This document shows, piece by piece, positions 9,267-18,709 of a DNA stretch of 64,000 nucleotides. Below the pieces are notes generated by a model that ran no database searches, had not been told where the DNA came from, and worked only from the letters and a program-made list of their open reading frames with translations. Position 1 is the stretch's first letter; each line of letters opens with the position of its first letter. Both the position numbers and the translations under genes were made by a program. Where the stretch lies: the IMG/VR virus record IMGVR_UViG_3300045971_000344, positions 62,001 to 126,000 of that record. One strand, given 5' to 3'.

Positions 9267-10682
9267 ATGCCTACCGAAACTGAAGAAGTAATAAAGCCCA
9301 ACACCGCAGTCCCAGCAAAACCCAAGCCCCTTGGATCATTTACTAAAAAAGAAATTAGGCGACTGGACAACCTTTCTGACGGACGAATGAAATCATCACA
9401 GGGTAAGTATGAGCTTGAATCTGATTACCTAGATGACTACGCAGATCGGATCCGTAAAGAAGATAGGATGCAACACTTCGAGCAAGAGTTTTACGGAGAG
9501 TTGAATAAACAGCTCGATGAATACGCAAGACAAGTCATGCACTTAAAAACAGACGTACCGGGTATTTGTGTTGTTCAAAGAGGGCCCGTTATTCCTATTA
9601 GTCCTAACCTTTCTAAATTGGTGTCTGTCCGAGAAGGAGGTAAAAAAGAAGACCAATCAAAAGCAAAATCGTACTCAGGGTTGAAGATAACACAGTACGC
9701 AGGCATAAAGGTTGCCCACGTTGCTGGTTATTATATCTTTGAGGACCAAATATTACTGGGTGTGAAAATAACAGAGCTTGCTAAGCAAGATGCGGTTGTT
9801 AGCACTTATAGATCTACCTGTAAAATGTATTTGGACAAAATACATGAACTTCAAAACAAGTTACTTCCGTTAGAACTTTTGAGAAAACGCCTGAAAGAGA
9901 TTTATGAAGAAGTAGATGAGTTGTTAAACGCAAAAGAAGATCCTAATAGAGATCAAAGAGTAGATGCAAATGAAGCACGAACACAAAGAAAAGACTTCTT
10001 AATTGAAGAAGGATCTAAATTAACGGCAAAGATAAAAGAAGAAGAAGATGCTAATGTAGGACCCCTTGTAGAGCTCAATAATGTCCATGTAGAATATGAT
10101 AACTATAAGACGATGGAAAAACTAAAATTAAGTACCCAGCTAGAGAAGTCCATTAGTGGTCATAAGAGTTTGTCTGAGGCAATCTTAGAGAAGGCTATCG
10201 CAGGCGTTAGTCAACTAAATGAAAAGCTCGAAGGTGATGATAGCTTGGTCTTCGTAACCTCATTTGGATTTGACCCAACGGCTACCCTTGGAAAAGTACA
10301 AGCAAAAAGTATTGTTGTTAATCCCATTCTTCATGGTAATTTAGCTTATTTCTGGCTCATGAAGATCCGGACGGTAAATATCATAAAACGTTTCTTAGGT
10401 TCAGACGTCCATATAACAGGATATTCTTTCCCTAAGAAAGAGCGGTCTAAGATAATGAAGCGCGTAGATAATGAGGTTAAAGTAACGGGTGGGTTTACCG
10501 ATGAAATACTTAAACTTAGAAAATTCGGAACCTTAAGAGATAACGCCTTTAAGAAAATGCAAGTATTTTTGATAAAACAGCATAAAGAAATGGATGCGTA
10601 CTTTACAGAGTTGTTTGATAAAATCTGGGCAGAGTCAGAAGAGGTCTTAAAAGAAATGAAGAATAAAGGTGGCTCAAAATGA
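9267..10682 (+). CDS. coiled-coil hypothetical protein, paralog of 11050..12681
   Basis: GAGGAG RBS; shared AG..IFE.QI.L and YFWLMK motifs. Confidence 0.85.
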   Translation: MPTETEEVIKPNTAVPAKPKPLGSFTKKEIRRLDNLSDGRMKSSQGKYELESDYLDDYADRIRKEDRMQHFEQEFYGELNKQLDEYARQVMHLKTDVPGICVVQRGPVIPISPNLSKLVSVREGGKKEDQSKAKSYSGLKITQYAGIKVAHVAGYYIFEDQILLGVKITELAKQDAVVSTYRSTCKMYLDKIHELQNKLLPLELLRKRLKEIYEEVDELLNAKEDPNRDQRVDANEARTQRKDFLIEEGSKLTAKIKEEEDANVGPLVELNNVHVEYDNYKTMEKLKLSTQLEKSISGHKSLSEAILEKAIAGVSQLNEKLEGDDSLVFVTSFGFDPTATLGKVQAKSIVVNPILHGNLAYFWLMKIRTVNIIKRFLGSDVHITGYSFPKKERSKIMKRVDNEVKVTGGFTDEILKLRKFGTLRDNAFKKMQVFLIKQHKEMDAYFTELFDKIWAESEEVLKEMKNKGGSK

Positions 10683-10966
10683 CTAAGTTAATAGCTGGTG
10701 AAGAGGTTGTCTTTATAGGAATTATGGATCCAGTCTTAAAAGACTCCAGAGCAGTTGTAGTTGAGAAATTAAATAGGTTTGACTACAAGGTAGCAACTAA
10801 AGATGGATTTATGCTAACTGTTGCTGAAGTATTTCTAAAGAGGGCGACCTTACTAGATAATACCTTAATCCCAATTCCAAAAGAAGAACCTAAAGTAGAA
10901 GTTACACTTAGTGAAGGTACTCCTTATGTCCTTGTTGAAGGGGATGAATGTGAAGGGCGTAATTAA
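10679..10966 (+). CDS. hypothetical protein
   Basis: ATGA overlap. Confidence 0.65.
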   Translation: MTKLIAGEEVVFIGIMDPVLKDSRAVVVEKLNRFDYKVATKDGFMLTVAEVFLKRATLLDNTLIPIPKEEPKVEVTLSEGTPYVLVEGDECEGRN

Positions 10967-10987
10967 TTAAATTTAATATTAATGGCC

Positions 10988-11017
10988 TTGACAATACATA
11001 TAAGAATATGTTATAAT
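10988..11017 (+). promoter_or_regulatory. sigma70-type promoter
   Basis: TTGACA-18 nt-TATAAT with extended TGn -10, in an AT-rich intergenic gap. Confidence 0.8.
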
Positions 11018-11049
11018 CAAATTAAGGAATATCCCGAGATACCTAGATT

Positions 11050-12681
11050 GTGAGCGAGAGGGGAAATACGATGATACTGAGCAAAAATCTTGCTGGAATA
11101 ATTTCCAGCATTCCAGGGCTGTGCCAGAGGTTATCCAGCTTATCAGAGAAATGGAATACAGAAAGAGCAGAAAAGATAAAAGAAGAGATAGATAGCATAA
11201 TTCCGTTGTTAAGAAAAAAGGACTTTGGTCCCATAAAGAAAGGTCTGCAACATTGCAACTCTACTCTAGCTGGATGCATAGCAGGTAAGGTAGAGCAATT
11301 ACTAACTAAGTCTAAGTGTAAGTCATACATAAGAAAACTAGGGTTAACTATAACGCCCATCCTTGAGGCTATTCATGCTCTTGAAATAGATACGATACCA
11401 GAAAAAGAAGAATTACCTACGATTAGCTTTAAGCCCGGCGTTGACCTTTTAGACCAATCCATTCAAGAACGCTTATCCCTTCATACGTTAGACGATAACG
11501 GAAATCCTAGGCAAAGTGCTAATAAAGATCTTTCTACAATGGAACAGATTTGGGAAGAAGCAGAGTATAAAAATATATTACGCCAAGAGTCTTTAAATGC
11601 TTGGGATAAAAAGTTCTATGGACCCTTGGATATGGCTTATGAAAAATATAAATCCCAGATTGATAAAATACCTCGTTTCTTAAATAAACCTGCAGAGTTG
11701 TTTAGGGTGCCTATCGTTCCCTATTCCGCAAAAGAAGTAATTTTTAGAGATAAAGAACTTGCTAAGACAGATGTAGAATTGGTCTTTATAGCGGGCTTTC
11801 CTATATTTGAAAATCAAATTGTTTTGGCAATAAATACAAACAGATTTCAAGATGAGATGCTAGGGATACAGGCATACGAGTTTGAACGATCTAAGCACAG
11901 TTCTACTTTAGCTAATGCAAGAGATAAATATTTACCTATAAGAAAAATGGAACTCCAAATAAAAGAATATCAGGAAGAGCTTTCGTTCTTAACTGAACCT
12001 TTAGTAGAAGGTACCGGTATAAACAAAGAGGATGCACAAGCAGTAAGAACACTGAGATCTTCTTGGATTAACGCTGAGATTGAAAAATTGATTGTAAATA
12101 TAAACGCTAGAAAGGTCAAATATGCTGACCTGTTTAAGGAATTGGAAGTAGGTACAGCTAAGCTACGCGAGATATCAAAAGGTAAACCAAAAGATAGCGG
12201 AGACAGTGTAAAGCGCACGCTGGAAACAGCTGAAGAATACTTGAAGATAATAAATAGTAAGCTATCTTTTGAAGAACAGCTTGGACTTGTTACAAATACA
12301 CCATATCCTTATGGGTATGGAACAACGTATTTTTGGTTAATGAAGGATTCTAATCTAGCAAAGTGGAACGTAAATTTATCTTTCAACAGAGAAAAACTAA
12401 ATATATCTAGTTGGTCATTTGTAAATCCACCTGAAACAAAATCTGCTTTTGAGCACCTTCAAGCGTTTCAAACAGAGTTGCAAAACTTCGTACTGTCCTC
12501 AATTCGGAACGGTTTAACCATTGACCAATGTTGTTTGAAGTTAAAGGTGTATCTAAAGAAACGCCGTAAGACCTATGGCAATGAACATCGTGAGCTCGTA
12601 AAGAAAATTTATTCGGACTTTTCAGATAGTGGGATTAAGCGCGTTGACCTTAAGGCTCCAAAGGTGAGGTTTCTTGTATGA
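11050..12681 (+). CDS. coiled-coil hypothetical protein, paralog of 9267..10682 (likely start ATG 11071)
   Basis: 543-aa ORF downstream of consensus promoter. Confidence 0.85.
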   Translation: MSERGNTMILSKNLAGIISSIPGLCQRLSSLSEKWNTERAEKIKEEIDSIIPLLRKKDFGPIKKGLQHCNSTLAGCIAGKVEQLLTKSKCKSYIRKLGLTITPILEAIHALEIDTIPEKEELPTISFKPGVDLLDQSIQERLSLHTLDDNGNPRQSANKDLSTMEQIWEEAEYKNILRQESLNAWDKKFYGPLDMAYEKYKSQIDKIPRFLNKPAELFRVPIVPYSAKEVIFRDKELAKTDVELVFIAGFPIFENQIVLAINTNRFQDEMLGIQAYEFERSKHSSTLANARDKYLPIRKMELQIKEYQEELSFLTEPLVEGTGINKEDAQAVRTLRSSWINAEIEKLIVNINARKVKYADLFKELEVGTAKLREISKGKPKDSGDSVKRTLETAEEYLKIINSKLSFEEQLGLVTNTPYPYGYGTTYFWLMKDSNLAKWNVNLSFNREKLNISSWSFVNPPETKSAFEHLQAFQTELQNFVLSSIRNGLTIDQCCLKLKVYLKKRRKTYGNEHRELVKKIYSDFSDSGIKRVDLKAPKVRFLV

Positions 12682-13097
12682 TTTGCTACGTTTGTCACTG
12701 CACCCCAGAAGTTCCTCATGAACACCATCCAGAGTTGCAGGCGTACGGTGGGACAGATAAGGGTACAGTAATACTATGTAGTAACTGTCATAATTCTCTC
12801 CATAAAGAAATCTCAAGGTTGCATGCGCTTTATAAAAAAGGGAAAGGAGGTGAAGGCGTAAGGTGGAACACTGCACGACACAGTCAAGAAGTTGAAAACG
12901 CTAAAAATCTTGTTTTATGTGGCTTAAAAAGTATCGTAATGTTTGAAGGACAGAAAAAGACAAAAGTGAATATAAGTGTTGACCAACAAACCCACCAAAC
13001 TATCACGGCGTTAAAGGGAAAATTGGGTGCATCCAACATACAGGACACCATACTCCATTGTATAAAATACACCGCCAAAGTGCACGGTTTGGGATAA
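12678..13097 (+). CDS. HNH-type Zn-binding nuclease domain with C-terminal ribbon-helix-helix-like segment
   Basis: CxxC...HEHH...LCSNCHNSLH; C-terminal KVNISVDQQTHQTITALK. Confidence 0.65.
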   Translation: MICYVCHCTPEVPHEHHPELQAYGGTDKGTVILCSNCHNSLHKEISRLHALYKKGKGGEGVRWNTARHSQEVENAKNLVLCGLKSIVMFEGQKKTKVNISVDQQTHQTITALKGKLGASNIQDTILHCIKYTAKVHGLG

Positions 13098-13146
13098 ACC
13101 CATCCTTTTATAAGGATTAGACATTTACCCTCTTGGGTATTAAATT

Positions 13147-13917
13147 TTGGGAGGCACGACCTTAATGGCAAAACCCGGCATACCGAAACTTGTTAAATTC
13201 TGCGGAACCTGTCGTCATTATTGTTGGATAGTTGGACCAAATAGAAAAACAACCTGTAACAACTTAGGGTCAATAGATACAACCCCTGGGTGTCTTGATT
13301 ATGCAATTAATCCCTTTGTCTTAAAGGATTATATCTCGGTCCTAAAGCCCTTATCTGAAGTATTGAGAGTTATGCCTCTAACTGTCTTACCTATGTTTTA
13401 TGAAATCATAGCGCAAGAAAAGGTTTTACGCAGACGTGGTTTCTATTTCATGGAAAAAGTAGCAATTAAGTATTATGGTTCAGCTGCAGACAAGTATATA
13501 AGCAACTACGTAGTTGCTCATGTCTTTAGCTCGACTGATGAAGGTGTACTCGTAATAAGTAAAAGCGGTATAAGAATGTTTGTTCTAAAGGAAAACGTAA
13601 TTAAGTTTGCACTTTTTCTGGAGATGCGTAGGGACCTAAAAGAGGCAGGAAAGAATGTCGATCCTACAATAAAGATGCGTTCTGTAAAACAGAAGCTCGC
13701 ATTGACCGAAACCTTGGATGATATTTTAGACCGAGGTCTTTTAGACGATGAGGATCTTGACAAATCCTTGAAGTCAAAATTCAGTACGAGTAAAATAAAC
13801 AGGCGGATTACTGATCCAGAAGAAGGGTTGGGTATAAAAGAAAAGAAGAAAACTATGAAGTTTTCAGAGATGGAAATTTCTACTAGGTCTCCTATTAAGA
13901 AAGGAGGGTCCAAGTAG
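13147..13917 (+). CDS. hypothetical protein (N-terminal CxxC..C..C)
   Basis: 256-aa ORF, GGAGG RBS before ATG 13165. Confidence 0.8.
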   Translation: MGGTTLMAKPGIPKLVKFCGTCRHYCWIVGPNRKTTCNNLGSIDTTPGCLDYAINPFVLKDYISVLKPLSEVLRVMPLTVLPMFYEIIAQEKVLRRRGFYFMEKVAIKYYGSAADKYISNYVVAHVFSSTDEGVLVISKSGIRMFVLKENVIKFALFLEMRRDLKEAGKNVDPTIKMRSVKQKLALTETLDDILDRGLLDDEDLDKSLKSKFSTSKINRRITDPEEGLGIKEKKKTMKFSEMEISTRSPIKKGGSK

Positions 13918-15045
13918 ATGAATAGATCTCTAGCTAAATACATACGCGAATATTTTGGTTTTATGTACGGTACAAAAGAGTTTATGGACATTTATTTGTA
14001 TAGCCTACAGTATATAACTAAGTCAATGTCGGCATCAAGATTCCATAAACTAGTTAAATGTATCTCCTCTAGGTCTATTAAAGATTTCAGACTTGGACTA
14101 ACCAATATCGGTTATTATATTCTAAATCTAAAAATGTATGTTCTGCATAGCATAGCGAAGACCGTAGATAAAACTTTATCAGATACAATCCGTAAGAAAG
14201 ATAAGCAATATGCAGTGTTCTTTTTTAAAGATAAAATGCTTAAGACTACAGTAAAAATGTTAAAAGCACAGTTCAAAGTTTTACCTTCATTGAACGAAAT
14301 AAAGGTTTTACTTGTCAAGGTGTCTGCAATGGCAGATGTAAAGCTCAAGCCCTTAATAAACAACATTGTATGGCGTCGCCTTAAATTTTTATCTTATAGT
14401 AATTCAATTGATTTAGAATCTATTAGAGCAGAGTTGAAGGCAAAACTTGTACAGTCATTCTATTGGCTAATGCCGTATAAAAAAGAAACGGTCTATCATT
14501 GGGTAATGACCATGATAAAGCCCCTAAAGAATCACGCTATAAACTTGGTTAATTTTTACACGACCAAAAAGAGAGTCCGGATGTATGAGGACCACGAAGG
14601 AAAGTATAAGGTTAAGGAAATAAGTATTGATGCAATTCTTTCAGATGAAAATAGAGAAGGTATGCAGTTAAGCGATGGAAACGAGTATAAAGTAAATGTA
14701 GAGAACAAGGTAGCATTAAAACAAGTATATGATAGGTTCGCAATAACTAGTAAGCGTATTTTAGCATTCAAACTATTGAGTGGAACCTTTGATGGTGAAT
14801 TTACACAGTGGTTAAGGGCGAATAAGTATATTAGTGGTCTATCCAATATGGATAATACGGATTATCAAGATAAAGAAGACCCAATGCTATTCTTGCGGCT
14901 CGTAGCGGCCTTTGTAGGAATACGATGGGACCATTTTTATCGCATGATAACCCGAATCCGTAGTTCCTTAGTTGAGCCTACATCTACAAAGGGGGTGTCG
15001 GATAATTATGTGCTCAATTCCGCTTACGCCTCATCAAGCCCCTGA
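13918..15045 (+). CDS. putative divergent RNA polymerase sigma factor
   Basis: region-2-like LINNIVWRRL...DLESIRAELKAKL...LKNHAINLVNFYTTKKR followed by region-3-like ISIDAIL. Confidence 0.5.
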   Translation: MNRSLAKYIREYFGFMYGTKEFMDIYLYSLQYITKSMSASRFHKLVKCISSRSIKDFRLGLTNIGYYILNLKMYVLHSIAKTVDKTLSDTIRKKDKQYAVFFFKDKMLKTTVKMLKAQFKVLPSLNEIKVLLVKVSAMADVKLKPLINNIVWRRLKFLSYSNSIDLESIRAELKAKLVQSFYWLMPYKKETVYHWVMTMIKPLKNHAINLVNFYTTKKRVRMYEDHEGKYKVKEISIDAILSDENREGMQLSDGNEYKVNVENKVALKQVYDRFAITSKRILAFKLLSGTFDGEFTQWLRANKYISGLSNMDNTDYQDKEDPMLFLRLVAAFVGIRWDHFYRMITRIRSSLVEPTSTKGVSDNYVLNSAYASSSP

Positions 15046-15421
15046 GACTAATATCTCAAGGTTGTTTGAATTAAACTTTGATCCAATCTTGTATAAAGAT
15101 AACCAAGAGTATCAGTCTTCTTATAGAGAGAAAGCGTGTTATTATTGCCTATCAGCAATTGGTTTAAATAAAGGCATTACGATAAATCAGCTTTCCTCAT
15201 TACTAAGAAATGTCTTAAATGTTCCTCTTGAACTGACTCAGTCAACAGTTGTCCTATTAGAGAACGCGGATCTAATAACCAGATATAAGTATAAAAAAGA
15301 TACAGATACTACAATAGTACATCTATCAATAAAACCCAGTGCAGAAGTCTTAATGGAACAGTTATGCACTAAGTATGTAGAGTTGCGTGAGTGGTGCGTG
15401 CCTAATTATAGGCATAAATAA
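14972..15421 (+). CDS. putative winged-helix DNA-binding protein (start probably ATG 15008)
   Basis: GITINQLSSLL...TVVLLENADLITRYK pattern. Confidence 0.5.
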   Translation: MSLHLQRGCRIIMCSIPLTPHQAPETNISRLFELNFDPILYKDNQEYQSSYREKACYYCLSAIGLNKGITINQLSSLLRNVLNVPLELTQSTVVLLENADLITRYKYKKDTDTTIVHLSIKPSAEVLMEQLCTKYVELREWCVPNYRHK

Positions 15422-15540
15422 TCTTGGTTTCACTAGCCAATAGGAGGTGAAGAGGTTCATAGTGAACTACGGAATTTCGGCACAATCTAGAGTAGTGTAA
15501 CTAAATACAAGTAATTCATAGCTACACTAAATTTTCCTAT

Positions 15541-16227
15541 GTGCTGGAGTGTTCTGTACAGGAGGAAATTGTGGAAAAGATATTACGACTGTATGAGGTT
15601 GTGGACTTTGGAATAACTAAAAAGCGTGTATTAGTTGAAATGTTTTTAACCGTGTGGGCGGTAGTAAAGTTATTAGTGATTTTGTCCTCTTGTTACTTGG
15701 TTGTACTAGGGGCAAGGACTTATCACAGCAGTTTACCCGTCCCTATGAAGTTAATTCAAAAGCCTACGATCTCTACAACAGTAGTAAAACCAATTGAGGT
15801 TCAAAAGCTTGAGATTGCTCTTAAGTATTTGAATTGTCCAAAGGAAAAGTGGAGTACACTTTCTGATGCGATCCTCAAAGCAGCGCAGGCCATTAGAGTG
15901 CAACCGGAGTTTGTTGCCGTCCTGATATTTACGGAATCTCGCTTCAATATGCGAGCCGTGAGCTCAAAAGGGTATAAGGGATTGTTACAAACTCCTATGG
16001 CGTCTAAAACCTATGCAGATGTAGACGTTCTTTATGGCTGTAGGATTCTGGAAGAAAAAATGAAAGATCCTAGAGCCAAAAGAAATGGACAGGTTGATAT
16101 GAGGACAGTATTGGCTCTGTATAAAGGTGGATATAACAAAATGGCCTTTAAGCAAGCAGACGAGGTATTAACAGTCTATAAACGACTACAACAAAAAATA
16201 AAGGAGAACATAGAAAATGCAGGATAA
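15541..16227 (+). CDS. SLT-family lytic transglycosylase with N-terminal membrane anchor
   Basis: AVLIFTESRFNMRAVSSKGYKGLLQ (catalytic Glu and G-L-x-Q motifs), ALYKGG. Confidence 0.85.
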   Translation: MLECSVQEEIVEKILRLYEVVDFGITKKRVLVEMFLTVWAVVKLLVILSSCYLVVLGARTYHSSLPVPMKLIQKPTISTTVVKPIEVQKLEIALKYLNCPKEKWSTLSDAILKAAQAIRVQPEFVAVLIFTESRFNMRAVSSKGYKGLLQTPMASKTYADVDVLYGCRILEEKMKDPRAKRNGQVDMRTVLALYKGGYNKMAFKQADEVLTVYKRLQQKIKENIENAG

Positions 16228-16516
16228 TAACAATAAAATACTGTCGGCGCTGGACACGGTTATTACCAAGGAACAGCAATTTTTGTTATTACGCCACAAA
16301 CTCCAGATCTTTGCATTTTGGGCAGTAATATTAATGGCAATAGGAGCCTTTTGTGGACTTCAATACTCTTCCCGAGAAAATAAAAAGTTTTTTAAGGTTG
16401 CTACGGTATCCGGCAGCTTCTACTATGTAGACGAAAAGGGGAAGGAAAGAGTATATGACATCACTGAGAGGATTATTAGCGCTCCTGCAGCACAGTCTAC
16501 AACACCCATTAAGTGA
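16217..16516 (+). CDS. single-pass membrane protein
   Basis: IFAFWAVILMAIGAFCG hydrophobic helix; AAGGAG RBS. Confidence 0.7.
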   Translation: MQDNNNKILSALDTVITKEQQFLLLRHKLQIFAFWAVILMAIGAFCGLQYSSRENKKFFKVATVSGSFYYVDEKGKERVYDITERIISAPAAQSTTPIK

Positions 16517-16644
16517 GCTAACAGAGGACCAAGTTAATATTGTTTTACCTTATATCTGTAGAGCCTTTGCGGTAGGATCTTTAGTAGGGCTTGCCGTAGG
16601 CTTACTCTATGCATCTAAATATTTAGGTTAAGTAGGCTTTAAAT

Positions 16645-16684
16645 AGACGCACACTTCTTAATCGGAGTTGTGCGTCTTTTTTTT
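16645..16684 (+). terminator. rho-independent terminator
   Basis: AGACGCACA/TGTGCGTCT stem followed by T run. Confidence 0.85.
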
Positions 16685-16729
16685 GTAATTTAAGGGTATA
16701 TATTCGATAACAAAGGAGGAATAGCATAT

Positions 16730-18709
16730 ATGAAGTTTTCAGATGTAGTAGCTGATCTAAAGAAAAGCGGATTATCCGAGGCTAAGGCTCTTGAAGTCGT
16801 AAAGACCAGACTTGCCGCAAAGGGGCACGAGCTCACCCCTGTAAAGATGCAACTGTTCCATAATACTTGGGAGACTACAGAAGCCCCGGTGGTTAATAAG
16901 CCCCAAAAGACTAAGAAAGAAAGGGCGGTTAAACCGTCAGGGCCTGTAGTAATTAATCCCTTGGTCGCCCCAAGCATAGATAACGCGGACGAACTTTTTA
17001 AAGCTCTTGCTACTTTTGGACTCGCAGTAATAGCCTGGACAAATGGGGTGAAGTTAGACCCAATTAGACAGCTCTTGTCAACTAATAAGCCCACCTTAGA
17101 TAGCTTCTTCAAAAACTCTAAGATGAATACAACCGCGTATAATGTAATATGCGGGTTAATTTTAGAGAAAAAAGCGTACAGCGCAGACAAAAGAAAGGCC
17201 GATGTTACCGCCTTTGGAAATGATTTAAAAGGAATACCTGATATTTTGTCTTCAAGGCAATATAAGTTATTACCAGCCAAAGTAACCTATCTAAAGAACA
17301 TAGCAGGATATTTGAAATCTAGTGCACCCACTGATAATGCTTATAAAAATATCGTAAATAAGGCCTCCTCTATTAGGGTCCCTCAAGCATCCGCCTTATT
17401 TACGTCCCACGTTGCCGAAAAGGTTAATCTTCCAGCTAACATAGGCGAAATGGTAACCAACTATAAAAAATTAAATAAAAAATTCGGTGGGAATGAAGGT
17501 TACACTATTCCAACAGACACTTTGAAAAAATATAGAGATACTCCTACAAAGGAATACACTAATTATTGTGCAATTGAAAAGGATTTGAATGCTCAACTTA
17601 AGTTGTTGACCCGGGTTGTAGTAGATAGTAGTGGGCAACAGACGATGGATGTGGAAGACTTTAAGAAACAGATAAAAGCAAAAGGTTTTGACTTTAATAA
17701 AGTTCCCGTTGGATTCATTGGTCGTATTGATGCTCAAGGAAAGTTCTATACAAAAGAAGGGTACTTGCTAAAGGACCAGCCTTCTGGTGTAATAAAAACA
17801 ATGAGTACAAAAGCGTATAATTCTAAAGATGGAACTGGTGCATACTGTGTGTACTTAAAAGCTGGTGGAAAGGCCCAACGTTGTTACACCATGATGCACC
17901 ATAGCGGTAAGCGAGAAGATAAGAAACAAGATATCGTAGACGATTTTATTAAGAATATGGTCGCCTATAGAAAACACTGGATGAAGGACTTAAAGGCTGG
18001 GTCCAAGATCTTAACAGACAAAGCAATAGCTGCATTGGTTATTGAAATAATGTTCCAGCTCTGTCCGAGACCGGGCTACGAAGAACATGGAAACAATAAG
18101 AAATTTGAAAATACAAAAGGGTTTATTTATCTTACCCGAGGAGAAGTTAAGCTCGAAGGTAACGATATTCACTTTAAATACACAGATAAGAACGGACCTC
18201 AGCATTTAATTTACACTAAGGGAGAAATGTACGGATCAGTTAGTGATGATACCCTTGTAGTTAACTGCTTAAAGAAATTAATGGAGAATAAAGATAAAGA
18301 TGAGTATTTATGGAAATACAGTGGAGATAACGTTGACTACGACCAGATTAAGAATTATGCAAGATCTGTAATACCCGGGTTTAACTTACATAAGTTTAGG
18401 AATTCTAAAGCGTCAATGATGGCAAAAGACATGCTAGGTGCGTGTAAACTCCCTAAAGGTTCTACCCCTAAAGAAGTATCAGATTACTACATGGATGTAA
18501 TGACAAAGGTAGGAGAAGAACTAGGTCATAGATCGGGTGAAGAAGCGAGTCCCTCAATGGCAATTTCTTCATATGTCTTAAAAAGCATCTCCAATGAGTT
18601 CTTTGATAGGTATGATGTTAGTCCTACTCAAAAAATAGCTGCTCAGATAAATACTGCAGAAGCTTCATCTTCGGGGTTGACGGTCCACATAGGCCGAAGA
18701 AAGTCATGA
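16730..18709 (+). CDS. type IB DNA topoisomerase-like protein with long N-terminal extension
   Basis: pentad R (CPRPG), K (FKYTDKNG), R (HKFRN), H (LGHR), Y (SSYV) in poxvirus TopIB order and spacing. Confidence 0.8.
   Translation: MKFSDVVADLKKSGLSEAKALEVVKTRLAAKGHELTPVKMQLFHNTWETTEAPVVNKPQKTKKERAVKPSGPVVINPLVAPSIDNADELFKALATFGLAVIAWTNGVKLDPIRQLLSTNKPTLDSFFKNSKMNTTAYNVICGLILEKKAYSADKRKADVTAFGNDLKGIPDILSSRQYKLLPAKVTYLKNIAGYLKSSAPTDNAYKNIVNKASSIRVPQASALFTSHVAEKVNLPANIGEMVTNYKKLNKKFGGNEGYTIPTDTLKKYRDTPTKEYTNYCAIEKDLNAQLKLLTRVVVDSSGQQTMDVEDFKKQIKAKGFDFNKVPVGFIGRIDAQGKFYTKEGYLLKDQPSGVIKTMSTKAYNSKDGTGAYCVYLKAGGKAQRCYTMMHHSGKREDKKQDIVDDFIKNMVAYRKHWMKDLKAGSKILTDKAIAALVIEIMFQLCPRPGYEEHGNNKKFENTKGFIYLTRGEVKLEGNDIHFKYTDKNGPQHLIYTKGEMYGSVSDDTLVVNCLKKLMENKDKDEYLWKYSGDNVDYDQIKNYARSVIPGFNLHKFRNSKASMMAKDMLGACKLPKGSTPKEVSDYYMDVMTKVGEELGHRSGEEASPSMAISSYVLKSISNEFFDRYDVSPTQKIAAQINTAEASSSGLTVHIGRRKS

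Noticed and set aside
15420-15540. Short inverted repeats upstream of the SLT gene (GGTTTCACTA/TAGTGAACT; TAGTGTA/TACACTA)
   Set aside because: Short and AT-rich, could arise by chance, no recognisable motif
16730-18709. Integrase or protelomerase call
   Set aside because: Motif context (KYTDK, HKFRN, LGH...SSY, upstream QRCY..H) fits TopIB better; kept only as an alternative
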